This document shows, piece by piece, positions 10,141 to 19,306 of a stretch of DNA of 64,000 nucleotides. The stretch comes from an uncultured Verrucomicrobiae bacterium (GTDB lineage Bacteria > Verrucomicrobiota > Verrucomicrobiia > Chthoniobacterales > UBA10450), in contig CAVSDR010000003.1 in NCBI GenBank assembly GCA_963726745.1, forward strand, positions 1,024,001 to 1,088,000, read 5' to 3'. Under the pieces are notes generated by a model. That model had not been told where the DNA came from, searched no databases, and saw only the letters and a list, made by a program, of their open reading frames with translations. Position 1 is the first letter of the stretch. Every line of letters begins with the position of its first letter. The position numbers were made by a program, and so were the translations under genes.

Positions 10141-10820
10141 TGCAGGCGCGCGCTCCCAGTCAGCGGATCGATCGCGACGCGATATTTCAGGTTGGGATTT
10201 TTTTTAGTGATGCTGCCGCTGTTATCGGGAATGGCATCGACCACGGCGAGAATTTGGCTCGGCGAGTTCGGGTCAAGACTGGTGGAGCCATTCGAGTGAA
10301 ACTCGATGTAGGCCCCGGTGAAGGTCGTGGTCGCGCCATTGCCAGACTGGGTGTTGTCGATCCGGGTCGTCGAGGTTTTGCGCGCATCGATCACACCCTC
10401 CTCTGTGGTGGCGTTCACCGTCGGCGTCGGATCGAAGGTGGCCGGCTGCGAGAGACGAGTCCACTTGCCGCGCTGCTTCCAGGTATTCGCAGTCTTGTTG
10501 AGACTAACAACAGCGTAGGCGCGCAGCGGCGCGTCCAATGGTACCGGACTCGAGTTGGCACTCGGGTCTCCTAAAATCAGCAGGCGGGTGCGGGTGCGCT
10601 CAGCGATGGCAATTTGCCGCGCATTCTCGAGTTCGGCCGTGAGTTGGCGGGCCGCGCCTTCGAGCGAACGGCCAGTCGCCGGCGCAAGCGCTGGCACGAG
10701 CAGGGCGATGGCAATCCCGATAATCGCCATCACAACCAACAGCTCGATGAGCGTGAAGGCACGAGGGCGTAAACGGGACCGGAGGACAGGGATATGCAAG
10801 GCGCGGGATGATGACAGCAT
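10137..10820 (-). CDS. FimT/GspH-like pseudopilin (cassette protein D-like)
   Basis: RA|FTLIELLVVMAIIGI; LENARQIAIA; IEFHSNGS; C-terminal IDPLTGS. Confidence 0.88.
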   Translation of the reverse strand: MLSSSRALHIPVLRSRLRPRAFTLIELLVVMAIIGIAIALLVPALAPATGRSLEGAARQLTAELENARQIAIAERTRTRLLILGDPSANSSPVPLDAPLRAYAVVSLNKTANTWKQRGKWTRLSQPATFDPTPTVNATTEEGVIDARKTSTTRIDNTQSGNGATTTFTGAYIEFHSNGSTSLDPNSPSQILAVVDAIPDNSGSITKKNPNLKYRVAIDPLTGSARLQ

Positions 10821-10919
10821 TGCGCTGCGGGGGGCAATTTTAATCCCGAATGAGCCGATGCAAACCCGGAGATTTTTTGCAAGCGCCGCGCCGTCGATCA
10901 GCCGCGGAAAGCGCGGAGA

Positions 10920-11600
10920 TTAGCGATTGGAAACCGTCAGCGGCTCCGCCGTCTCAAGCTGCTTCACCACCGTGCTCAGGTAGACCGACTCCGGATGGTA
11001 GGCCTTGTATTTCGTGATCTCGGCGCGGTTCATCACCTTGAAGCCGTAGCGCTCAAACATTCGCTCGCCGCGCCGGCTCTCGAAGGTGACGATTTGCCCG
11101 AAGACCGCCTTCTCGCCGCAGCGATGAAGATACGAAAAATAAGCGCTCAAGAGCGAGCGGGTGGTCGACATCTTGCGCGCGTCCGGCAGGAGATTGATGT
11201 GGAAATGCGGGGTCCGCCGCGGCGCTGCCGGGACTTCGCGCCAGCCGTTCATCAGGATCCAGAGAATGAAGCGGCGCGAGCGCTCGTGATAGCGCGGGTA
11301 ACGCAGGAGCGCGCGCCCGAACAGCACGATGTTTTGGTAGAGCGAGTAGACCTGGTTGCGGAGTGATTTCCGGCAACCGAGCAGGTAACCGTGAAGCTCG
11401 CCGTCCTTCTCGATCACGAAGGAAGATTCCGGCTCGTGATCGGTGTAGTAGGTCGTGAGGAAGTCGGCAAAAAGCTCGCGGTCCTCGTAAACCGGATCGA
11501 TCGGCTCGCCGAGGAAACCCGTCTGGCAACAGAGCCGCCGCACCGCGGCGCGATCCGACGCCCGATAGTTTCGGATGGTAAATTCCTCGGGCGGCTTCAT
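10920..11600 (-). CDS. GNAT family N-acetyltransferase
   Basis: IRNYRASDRAAVRRLC, SFVIEKDGELHGYLLG, HFHINLLPDAR, FERYGFK. Confidence 0.8.
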   Translation of the reverse strand: MKPPEEFTIRNYRASDRAAVRRLCCQTGFLGEPIDPVYEDRELFADFLTTYYTDHEPESSFVIEKDGELHGYLLGCRKSLRNQVYSLYQNIVLFGRALLRYPRYHERSRRFILWILMNGWREVPAAPRRTPHFHINLLPDARKMSTTRSLLSAYFSYLHRCGEKAVFGQIVTFESRRGERMFERYGFKVMNRAEITKYKAYHPESVYLSTVVKQLETAEPLTVSNR

Positions 11601-11604
11601 GCGA

Positions 11605-12745
11605 TCAGTGCCCATAGCCTGCGCAGACTTCCCGGTAAATGCAAAAGAGCCGCGCGAAAACCTCCGGCCAGGCGAAGCGTCCCGCGACCGCCGCGGCCGC
11701 CTGCGCGCCAATTTCCGGCAAGGGCAAACGCGCCATCCGCGCGATCGCTTCCGCGAGTGCTTCGGCGCTGTTCTCCGTGGCCCAGGCGGATTGACCGTGC
11801 AGGATGGCATCGTCCATGTAGCTCCCGCGAATGCCGACCACCGGCGTGCCGCAAGCCTGCGCTTCCAGCGCCACCAGGCCGAAGGTTTCCTCCACGCCGG
11901 GATGCACAAAGAGGTCCGCCGCGCGGTAATAGCCAGCGAGCTCAGCAGCGTCGCTGCAGTAGGGAATCCAGGTCAGGCGATCACTCGTTAGGCCACGGAG
12001 CAAGTCGCGCTGCTGGCCGTCGCCGATGACCAGCGAGGTGAAAATTAGCCGGCAACTTCTCCAGCGCTGCGAAGAGAGTTTGCGTGTTCTTTTCGCTCGC
12101 GAGCCGGCCGACATAGAGCAGGAGCGTGCGACCTGCGGCGGCGGGGATTTCCGCGCGCGCGCCTTCCGGCCGAAAGATCCCGGTGTTCACGCCGAGCGGC
12201 ATCGGCCGCGTGTTTGGCACGCCCCAATTTTCCAGCAACGCCGCCAGCCGCGCCGAGGGCACCAGCGTGACCGCAAAGCGCCGGTAAAGCTCGCGCGTGT
12301 AGGCTTCGCCGGCGCGAAGCGCGAGCCGCGCCGCGGTTTTGCCCAGCCGGCGCACCGGCCCGCGTAGATACGCCTCGACGAAGTGCGAGTGGTAAAACGC
12401 CACCACCGGGATGCGCTGCCTCTGGCCGATCGCGAGCGCGCGCCAGCCGACCTGATACGGATCGGCCGACTCGATGATGTCCGGCCGCTCGCGCGCGATG
12501 ATTTCCTCGACCGCGCGCAGGTCGAGGAGCGCGCGGTATTGCGTCCGGCGTGAGATCAAGGGCGAGCGAATCGTGCAGGTGCAGAGGCGGCCTTCGCGCA
12601 CGATTTCATTCTTCGCGCCCGGGATGACGAGCAGGTGCTCATCGCCGCTGCCGGATTCCTCGATGAAGCGCCGCTTCTCCCCGAGGTAGCGTTTCACCCC
12701 GCCGCTCAACGGCGAGTAAAACTGCGTCAGGTCACAGACCTTCAC
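11605..12745 (-). CDS. Glycosyltransferase family 4 (GT-B); frameshift near 12035
   Basis: GTG start, DLTQFYSPLSGGVKRY; LLYVGRLASEKN; second frame ADLFVHPGVEETFGLVALEAQACGTPVV. Confidence 0.88.
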
Positions 12746-12766
12746 GGTCGTTCGGCGGCGCGCGCT

Positions 12767-13693
12767 TTACGAGTTCAGCGCGCTCAGGTAGCGCTCGGCC
12801 TCGAGCGCTGCGGCGCAGCCGGAGCCGGCGGCGGTAATCGCCTGTTTGTAGACGCGATCGGCCACGTCGCCGGCGATGAAGACGCCCGGGTGCTTGCTCT
12901 CCGCAAGGTGACGCGCGATCAAATAGCCATCGGGATCGGTCTCCAGTTTTCCCTGGAAAGCCTTCGTGTTCGGGTCGTGGCCGATGGCCACAAAAACGCA
13001 GGCCACATCGAGCCGCCGCTCGGCGTTCGTCTGCACGTCGCGCAGGTTCACCGCGGTCATCTCGCCTTTTTCGTCAGCGATATATTTCGTGATCACGGTG
13101 TTCCAGATCGGCTCGATCAAGTCGCACGCGAGCACGCGGTCGGCCATGATCTTGGAGGCGCGCAGGCTGTCGCGGCGATGGATCAGGTAAACCTTGGAAG
13201 CGAAGCGCGTGAGGAAGAGCGCCTCCTCGGCTGCGGAATCCCCGCCGCCAACCACGCAGACGGGGACGTTGCGGTAGAAAGCGCCGTCGCAGGTGGCACA
13301 ACTCGTTAGGCCATGGCCGATGAGCTTCTCTTCGTTCTCCAGCCCGAGCCAGCGCGCGGCCGCGCCGCTCGCGATGATGAGCGATTGCGTCTCGACCCAT
13401 TCCTCGCCGTCGAGTTGCACCCGCACATGGCCGGCGGCCGGCTCAAACGCGGTCACGAGAGCGTATTTGAACCGGGCGCCAAATTTCTCCGCCTGCGCAT
13501 GCATGTTCATGATCAACTGCGGGCCGTCGATTCCTTCGGGGAAGCCGGGAAAATTTTCCACCAAAGTGGTGGTGGAAAGCTGGCCGCCAGGTTGCGGTCC
13601 TTCGAGCACGAGCGGGGCGAGGTTCGAGCGCGCCGCGTAGATCGCCGCGGTCAATCCCGCGCAGCCCGTCCCGACGATGATCACTTTTTCCAT
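12767..13693 (-). CDS. trxB: Thioredoxin-disulfide reductase
   Basis: IIVGTGCAGLTAAIYAAR, GGQLSTTTLVENFPGF, CATCDG active site, GGGDSA, YKQAITAAGSG. Confidence 0.96.
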   Translation of the reverse strand: MEKVIIVGTGCAGLTAAIYAARSNLAPLVLEGPQPGGQLSTTTLVENFPGFPEGIDGPQLIMNMHAQAEKFGARFKYALVTAFEPAAGHVRVQLDGEEWVETQSLIIASGAAARWLGLENEEKLIGHGLTSCATCDGAFYRNVPVCVVGGGDSAAEEALFLTRFASKVYLIHRRDSLRASKIMADRVLACDLIEPIWNTVITKYIADEKGEMTAVNLRDVQTNAERRLDVACVFVAIGHDPNTKAFQGKLETDPDGYLIARHLAESKHPGVFIAGDVADRVYKQAITAAGSGCAAALEAERYLSALNS

Positions 13694-13759
13694 GCGGCCG
13701 GAACTTAGCATGCCGCGCGAGCGTGCGACAATCGACCGGCCTGTGGCTACCTTCCGCCC

Positions 13760-14554
13760 ATGCCCGAGCTGGCCGAGGTGGAGTTCAATCGCAAGAAATG
13801 GGATGCCGGCCTGGGCGCGAAGGTGCTCGCAGTCGCGCTCCACGGCGCGAAGCGGATCTTTCGCGGGAGCGACGCGAAAGAGATCGCGCGCCGCCTAACG
13901 AGTCAAAAGCTGCTCCGCTCCGAGGCGCGCGGGAAGCAGATGCTCTTCGTCTTCGGCGGCGACAACTGGCTGGGGCTCCATCTCGGGATGAGCGGCGCGC
14001 TCCGGACCGAGCCGGCGAAGTTTGCGCCCGAGAAGCACGATCATCTGGTCCTGCGCCAGGCGAAACAGGCGCTGGTTTTTCGCGATCCGCGGCTCTTTGG
14101 GCGAGTGAAATTTCATCACGGAAAGGAGACGCCGCCTTGGTGGAGCAGTGCGCCGGAGATCGGCTCCAAGGAATTTACCCAGCGATATGTGGCCGATTTC
14201 CTCCAGCGCCATGCGCGCGCGCCAATCAAGGCGGTGATCCTGCGGCAGGAAGGTTTTCCGGGTGTGGGCAATTGGATGGCGGACGAAATTCTTTGGCGCG
14301 CAGGAGATTTTGCCGGCGCGCAAAGCGGGGTCGTTCAGGCGTGGAGGAACGCAGCCGCGCTGCGGCGGGCGACGCGGTTTGTTTCGCGCGAAGCGCTGCG
14401 CGTCATCGGGCACGATTATTCGGACCCGCCAAAGAGCTGGCTAATTCACGAGCGCTGGAGCGCGAAAGGCGTGTGCCCGCGGCATCGCACGCTCTTCAAG
14501 CGGGCGACGATCGGCGGGCGGACGACGGCCTGGTGCGCGCAGTGCCAGGTGTAA
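13760..14554 (+). CDS. Fpg/Nei family DNA glycosylase
   Basis: N-terminal MPELAEVE, RGKQM, HLGMSG, DPRLFG, H2TH GVGNWMADEILW, C-terminal zinc finger CPRH...GGRTTAWCAQCQ. Confidence 0.92.
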   Translation: MPELAEVEFNRKKWDAGLGAKVLAVALHGAKRIFRGSDAKEIARRLTSQKLLRSEARGKQMLFVFGGDNWLGLHLGMSGALRTEPAKFAPEKHDHLVLRQAKQALVFRDPRLFGRVKFHHGKETPPWWSSAPEIGSKEFTQRYVADFLQRHARAPIKAVILRQEGFPGVGNWMADEILWRAGDFAGAQSGVVQAWRNAAALRRATRFVSREALRVIGHDYSDPPKSWLIHERWSAKGVCPRHRTLFKRATIGGRTTAWCAQCQV

Positions 14555-14555
14555 T

Positions 14556-14608
14556 TTCCGGGAGCGCAGCTGTCGGAAACGACAGGCTGGCAGCCTGTGC
14601 TCCCGGAA
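14556..14608. repeat. REP-like palindromic element between convergent genes
   Basis: Outer arms TTCCGGGAGCGCAG / CTGTGCTCCCGGAA plus internal palindrome ACAGGCTG-G-CAGCCTGT. Confidence 0.6.
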
Positions 14609-15295
14609 CTACCGCTCCAGCGCCACCCGAAAGAGCGTGGCGATGATGCGGGTGCCGGCGAGCAAGGTGCCGCGCAGGCTCCCGGAGACTTTGGATTCGC
14701 CGCCGGTGCGGCAGCGGTGGTTCACCGGGATCTCGCGGATGCGCAGGCCGGCGCGAGCAGCGCGCATCTGCATCTCGAGGTTCCAGCCGTAGGTTTCCTC
14801 CTTCATCCCGAGGCGCGCGAGGGCGTCGCGCCGGATCGCGCGAAAGGGACACATGTCGGTGTATTGCACGCCGTAGAGCGGGCGAATGAGAATGCCGGCT
14901 AAATATCCGGCAAAGACCTGCTGCGCGTTCATGCTCCCGGGTTCGCGCTCCCCGCGAGTGCGCGAGCCGATGACGAAGTCGGCCAGGTTGTCGGCAATCG
15001 GCCGGACGAGCGTTTCCATGAACTCCGGGCAATCGCTCCCGTCGCCATCGAGGAAGACGACGATCTCGCAGTCCTCCGCAACCGCGGCCACGCCGGCAGC
15101 GCAGGCGCGGCCGTAACCGCGCGGCGCCTTCACCACCTGCGCGCCTGCCGCCTGCGCGCGCTCGGCGGTGCGATCGGTGCTGCCGTTGTCGACCACGATG
15201 ATCTCGTTAGGCAAACCAGTCGCGCGGCAGGCCCGCACGACCTCGGCGATCGGCTCCTCTTCGTTGAGCGCGGGAATGACAACCGACACTTTCAT
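14609..15295 (-). CDS. Glycosyltransferase family 2 (DPM1-like)
   Basis: VSVVIPALNEE, IIVVDNGSTD, GYGRAC, VFLDGDGSD, TDMCPFRAIRR. Confidence 0.92.
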   Translation of the reverse strand: MKVSVVIPALNEEEPIAEVVRACRATGLPNEIIVVDNGSTDRTAERAQAAGAQVVKAPRGYGRACAAGVAAVAEDCEIVVFLDGDGSDCPEFMETLVRPIADNLADFVIGSRTRGEREPGSMNAQQVFAGYLAGILIRPLYGVQYTDMCPFRAIRRDALARLGMKEETYGWNLEMQMRAARAGLRIREIPVNHRCRTGGESKVSGSLRGTLLAGTRIIATLFRVALER

Positions 15296-16302
15296 CGCAG
15301 GACCATCGCCGCGGTGCCGAAGTAAAGCAGGAGCGCGCAGAAATCGGCCAGCGCGAGGGTCACCGGGCCGGCGGCGATTTTCGGATCGAGCTTCAGCCAA
15401 TGCAGGAGCGACGGAACCGAGAGCCCGAAGAGACACGCGGTAACCAGCGAGACGCTGATGCTCCCGCCAATGACGCAGGCCGCGAGCAGGTCGCGCCGCC
15501 AGGTCCAGACGATCGCGCACACGACCACGCCGCACGCGCCGCCGAGGAGCGCCGCGGTGGTGGCCTCGCGGCGGAAAGCTTCAACGAACCAGCGGCGCGT
15601 CGGCTTCTGCGAGCGGAGCGCTTCGATGGTCACAGTCATGGATTGCATGCTCACGCTCTCGTTCAGGCCCAGGACCATGGTGAGGAAGAACGCGATCACC
15701 AGGCTCTCGGCGAGCGTGGTTTCAAAAGCGCCGGCTAAAAGCGCGCAAGCCGTCCCGCTGAAGACCGTGGCCAGGAGCCAGGGGAAGCGGTAACGAAAAA
15801 TGCGCGCGGGCGAGGCGCCGCGGATTTGGGAAAGGTGGAAGCCGAGCGACTCGAAAAAAGTATCCGCCGGCGGCCGAGGTGGCTCGCTCAGTCGCTCCTC
15901 CGCTTCCAGCACTTCCTGCCGGAAAAGCCCGACATCGACCACGCCGACAACGCGGCGCTCGGCATCGACCACCGGGAAGGCGAAGAACTTGTAGAGCACG
16001 AAGAACTCGCAGGCATCGAGCACGGTCGCAGTCGCTGGGAGCGCGACCACGCGGCGGATCATGATCTCCTCCAGCCGCGTCTCAAGCGGCGCGGTCAGCA
16101 GCCGTCTCGTCGGCAAAACGCCGGCTAATTTCCGCTCCGCATCGACCGCATAGAAGTAGATCACGCGTTCGCCCACGCCTTCGCGCCGGATGGTATCCAG
16201 CGCCTCCTGCACCGTCATGTCGACCCGCAGGAGCGGCAGATCCTTGCGCGCATGGAGCGCGATCGGCTCGTCAAAGTCGGGAATGACGGCCGGCTCGTCC
16301 AT
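15292..16302 (-). CDS. MgtE-family magnesium transporter (CBS pair plus membrane domain, no N-terminal domain)
   Basis: IYFYAVDAERKLAGVL CBS motifs; RFPWLL; LDPKIAAGPVTLALAD. Confidence 0.88.
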   Translation of the reverse strand: MDEPAVIPDFDEPIALHARKDLPLLRVDMTVQEALDTIRREGVGERVIYFYAVDAERKLAGVLPTRRLLTAPLETRLEEIMIRRVVALPATATVLDACEFFVLYKFFAFPVVDAERRVVGVVDVGLFRQEVLEAEERLSEPPRPPADTFFESLGFHLSQIRGASPARIFRYRFPWLLATVFSGTACALLAGAFETTLAESLVIAFFLTMVLGLNESVSMQSMTVTIEALRSQKPTRRWFVEAFRREATTAALLGGACGVVVCAIVWTWRRDLLAACVIGGSISVSLVTACLFGLSVPSLLHWLKLDPKIAAGPVTLALADFCALLLYFGTAAMVLR

Positions 16303-17432
16303 CAAGTGGAGGCCACGCGGTGGACGATGCCTTTTTTGCGGAGGATATCGGCCGCTTCGCTGAAGTAATCCTTCACGTTGGCCTGGGTGCGGATCCAATC
16401 GAGGTAACGGCCGATGCCGGTCGCGAGGTCGACCTGCGGAGCGTAACCGGCCGCGCGGATGCGCTCGGTGCCGCTGATGAGCGAGCGCATTTCGCCCGGG
16501 CGAAATTCGCCGTTGGTTTCGGGCGCGAGGCGGATGCCAAGGGCGTCGGAGATTTGCTCGGCGACTTCGCGAATCGGGACGCCGCGGCCGCTGCCGACGT
16601 TCACTGGATAGCCGTCGAGTTGATCGGTGGTAGCGGCGAGGAGATTGGCGCGCGCGATGTCTTCCACGAAGGAGAAGTCGCGCGTTTGCTCGCCATCTTC
16701 GTAGAGCACGGGCGGGAGATCGTTCAGCAGGCGAGTGCAGAAAATCGCGATCACGCCGGTGTAGGGATTAAAGATCGATTGCCGCGGGCCGTAGGTGCAG
16801 GAGTAGCGGAGCGCGACTGTGGGGATGCCGCTCTGTTTGCCCCAGAGAAGGACGAGCTTTTCCTGGTCGACTTTCGTCAGGCCGTAGACGGTTTCGCCGC
16901 CAATGGGCGCTTCCTCCGGCGTGGGCACGCTGGTGGTGACGGCGCCGCATTTCGGACAATGAACCGACCAATCGCCGGTGCGGAGCTGCTCGATCGGGCG
17001 GACGCCGGGAAAGACCAGGCCGTGCTCCGGGCACTGGCCGGCGCCTTCGCTGTAAACCGCCTGCGAAGAGGCGACGACGATTTTTTTAACCGGCAACTTC
17101 TCCTCGCGAATGATCTCGAGGAGTTGCGCGGTCCCGAGCGAGTTCACCTCGACGTATTTCGCGATCTCCGGCATGTAGCCGCCGTAAGCCGCCTGGTGGA
17201 AGACGACGTCGATCTTCTCGAGCGCGGCGCGCATGGTCGCGCGGTCGCGCAGGTCGCCCTGGAGAAACTCGGCGCGCTCATTCACCCACGCCGGCTTGCC
17301 CTGCTTGTGCGTGTTTGGCTCGAGGTTATCGAGGATGCGGACGCTCCAGCCTTCGCGCAGAAGCAGGTCGACCAGATGCGACCCGATCAAGCCCGCTCCG
17401 CCCGTGACCAACGCTCGTTTTTCCGTCGTCAT
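16302..17432 (-). CDS. NAD-dependent epimerase/dehydratase (extended SDR)
   Basis: ALVTGGAGLIGSHL, ASSQAVY, YGLTK catalytic motif, GEQTRDF; Cys-rich insert CPEH...CPKC. Confidence 0.93.
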   Translation of the reverse strand: MTTEKRALVTGGAGLIGSHLVDLLLREGWSVRILDNLEPNTHKQGKPAWVNERAEFLQGDLRDRATMRAALEKIDVVFHQAAYGGYMPEIAKYVEVNSLGTAQLLEIIREEKLPVKKIVVASSQAVYSEGAGQCPEHGLVFPGVRPIEQLRTGDWSVHCPKCGAVTTSVPTPEEAPIGGETVYGLTKVDQEKLVLLWGKQSGIPTVALRYSCTYGPRQSIFNPYTGVIAIFCTRLLNDLPPVLYEDGEQTRDFSFVEDIARANLLAATTDQLDGYPVNVGSGRGVPIREVAEQISDALGIRLAPETNGEFRPGEMRSLISGTERIRAAGYAPQVDLATGIGRYLDWIRTQANVKDYFSEAADILRKKGIVHRVAST

Positions 17433-17530
17433 GTGATCGCACACTGGTCGCTGATCGCACCGGTTTCGCAACGCCGCGCGCACGGAGAGCGCCGCGCAGA
17501 TTCCGCGGCCGCGGCAGAGGCGACCTCTCG

Positions 17531-18283
17531 TTAGGCTCCGAGGCGGGCGGAGAGTTGCGCGAGGCAGTCGCGGGTCGCGGGCGCTTCGAAGCCGGCGTGC
17601 TCCGGATCCGCCAAAGTGCTGGCTAATTTCTCCAGCGTGGCGCGATCGTCCACGTCGAACCAGGTCGGGAGCATGTGGACATCGAGCCCCAACTCGGCCG
17701 CGCGTTCGAGCGTCTGCGTGGCCACACGCTCCGTGCTCCAGTCGATCCGCTCGAAGAGCGCCGCGTGCGCCTGTTTCATCCCAATGAGGTAATAGCCGCC
17801 ATCCTCCGAGGGACCGAAGACGATGCGGTCGCCGGGTTGCGCGAGCGCCGCGGCGGCGTCGCGGTAGGCTTCGACTGGGACCGTCGGGCTGTCGGAATCG
17901 ATCAGGCAAACCGACTCGAAGCCGATCTCGAAAAGATCCGCGGTCGCAAGCGTGAGCCGTTCGCCGAAAGCGTCGCCGCGCTGCGCGATGAGCTCGAACT
18001 CCGGCGGAAAGATATCGGCGTAGACGGCCTCTTCACCGACCGGGGTGTAGACGGCAATGCCGCGGGCGAAGGCCTGGCCGCAAGCGGCCTGGATGGCCGC
18101 GCCGGTGTCGCGCAGGAAGCAGGCATTGAGCGCGGCGGCTTCTGCCGGGGTGAGCGGCGGGCTGAGGCGCGTCTTCACTTTTCCGGGACGCGGCGCCTTC
18201 GTCATGACCGCGAGGGCGCAAAGCCCGGGCGGCACTTGTTTGCCTAACGAGCGATCGAAAACGCGGTGGCCCGGCGCGCTCAC
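17531..18283 (-). CDS. DUF2064 / TIGR04282-like glycosyl- or nucleotidyltransferase
   Basis: AVMTKAPRPGKVKTRL, QRGDAFGERL, LIDSDSP, GPSEDGGYYLIG, IDWST, WFDVDD; GTG start overlaps the upstream TGA. Confidence 0.9.
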   Translation of the reverse strand: MSAPGHRVFDRSLGKQVPPGLCALAVMTKAPRPGKVKTRLSPPLTPAEAAALNACFLRDTGAAIQAACGQAFARGIAVYTPVGEEAVYADIFPPEFELIAQRGDAFGERLTLATADLFEIGFESVCLIDSDSPTVPVEAYRDAAAALAQPGDRIVFGPSEDGGYYLIGMKQAHAALFERIDWSTERVATQTLERAAELGLDVHMLPTWFDVDDRATLEKLASTLADPEHAGFEAPATRDCLAQLSARLGA

Positions 18284-19008
18284 GCTTTCGCGCAGAGCGC
18301 GTATTGGTAGCGGCCATCCTGCCAGATGCGGACCTCGCCCCACGGCTGGGTGGCAAAGAGCTCCGCAAATTCCCGCGCGGCGAGCACGGTCGCGCGGCGG
18401 GGCTCGCGGCAGCCATTGTTCATCCGGGTGGCGCGGGCCAGGAGCCACATCGCGAGCAAGGGCAGCGAAGCCCAGAAGGCGTAGCGCGGCTCGGCGATGA
18501 GACAGCGACCGCCGGGCCGGAGGATGCGGTGCATTTCGCCGAGAGCGCGCGCCGGATCGGGCAGCACGGTGAAGAGCCGGGCCGCAAGGACGAGATCGAC
18601 GCTCGCGTCCTCGTGCGAAAGAGAGAGCACATTGTCGGCGGCGAAGCGGCAATTTCTGAGCGCCAGCCGGCGGGCCTTGGCGCGGGCGCAATCGAGCTGA
18701 CGGGCAGCGCGATCGATTCCAAGAACGGAAAGCCCGGGGAAGCGCTGCGCGAAACCGCAGGAGTAAAAGCCCGGGCCGCAGCCGAGCTCGACCATTTGCG
18801 TGCCGGGCCGCGGCCGGCCCGCGGGCCACAGCGCGCGGATCATCCGGCTGGTGTCATCGCGGAAAAGACGCTCCCGAAAGAAGACGTAGAGCCAGGCGAA
18901 ACGATTAAAGAGGCTATCGTCCTCCTCCCGCGCCGCGGCGAACTCCGTGGGACGCGCGGAGATTTCTCCGGCAATCATCGCCGCGGGTCTCTCGATGGTC
19001 TGGCTCAT
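18280..19008 (-). CDS. Class I SAM-dependent methyltransferase
   Basis: VELGCGPG motif I; ALGEMHRILRPGG. Confidence 0.9.
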   Translation of the reverse strand: MSQTIERPAAMIAGEISARPTEFAAAREEDDSLFNRFAWLYVFFRERLFRDDTSRMIRALWPAGRPRPGTQMVELGCGPGFYSCGFAQRFPGLSVLGIDRAARQLDCARAKARRLALRNCRFAADNVLSLSHEDASVDLVLAARLFTVLPDPARALGEMHRILRPGGRCLIAEPRYAFWASLPLLAMWLLARATRMNNGCREPRRATVLAAREFAELFATQPWGEVRIWQDGRYQYALCAKA

Positions 19009-19306
19009 GCTTAATTAGGCAGCGCAATCACCGCGACTGCCGGAGGGGAAAGCGAGCAGACCAGGGAAGTTTTTCACAGGCTTTCTTTGAATGATTTCTT
19101 AAACCCCAGCTCTCTCTTCATCATCTGGGAGCCAATAACCGGCCGGATCGCCGTGCCCACACGAGGCGTGGCCGTCGCGCCAGCAGCCTGTGCATAAACG
19201 GAGGCGCAAGGACCGACAACTCGCTCCGGAGTGGAGAAGGACGGATGGTGTTCACGGTTATTCAAAGATGTTGGCTTCTTGCTGAGCGTTCCATTAACAG
19301 AACGGA

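Noticed and set aside
19121..19255. 44-codon minus-strand ORF or riboswitch upstream of the methyltransferase
   Set aside because: No RBS, no recognisable protein or riboswitch consensus; cannot be supported without homology search.
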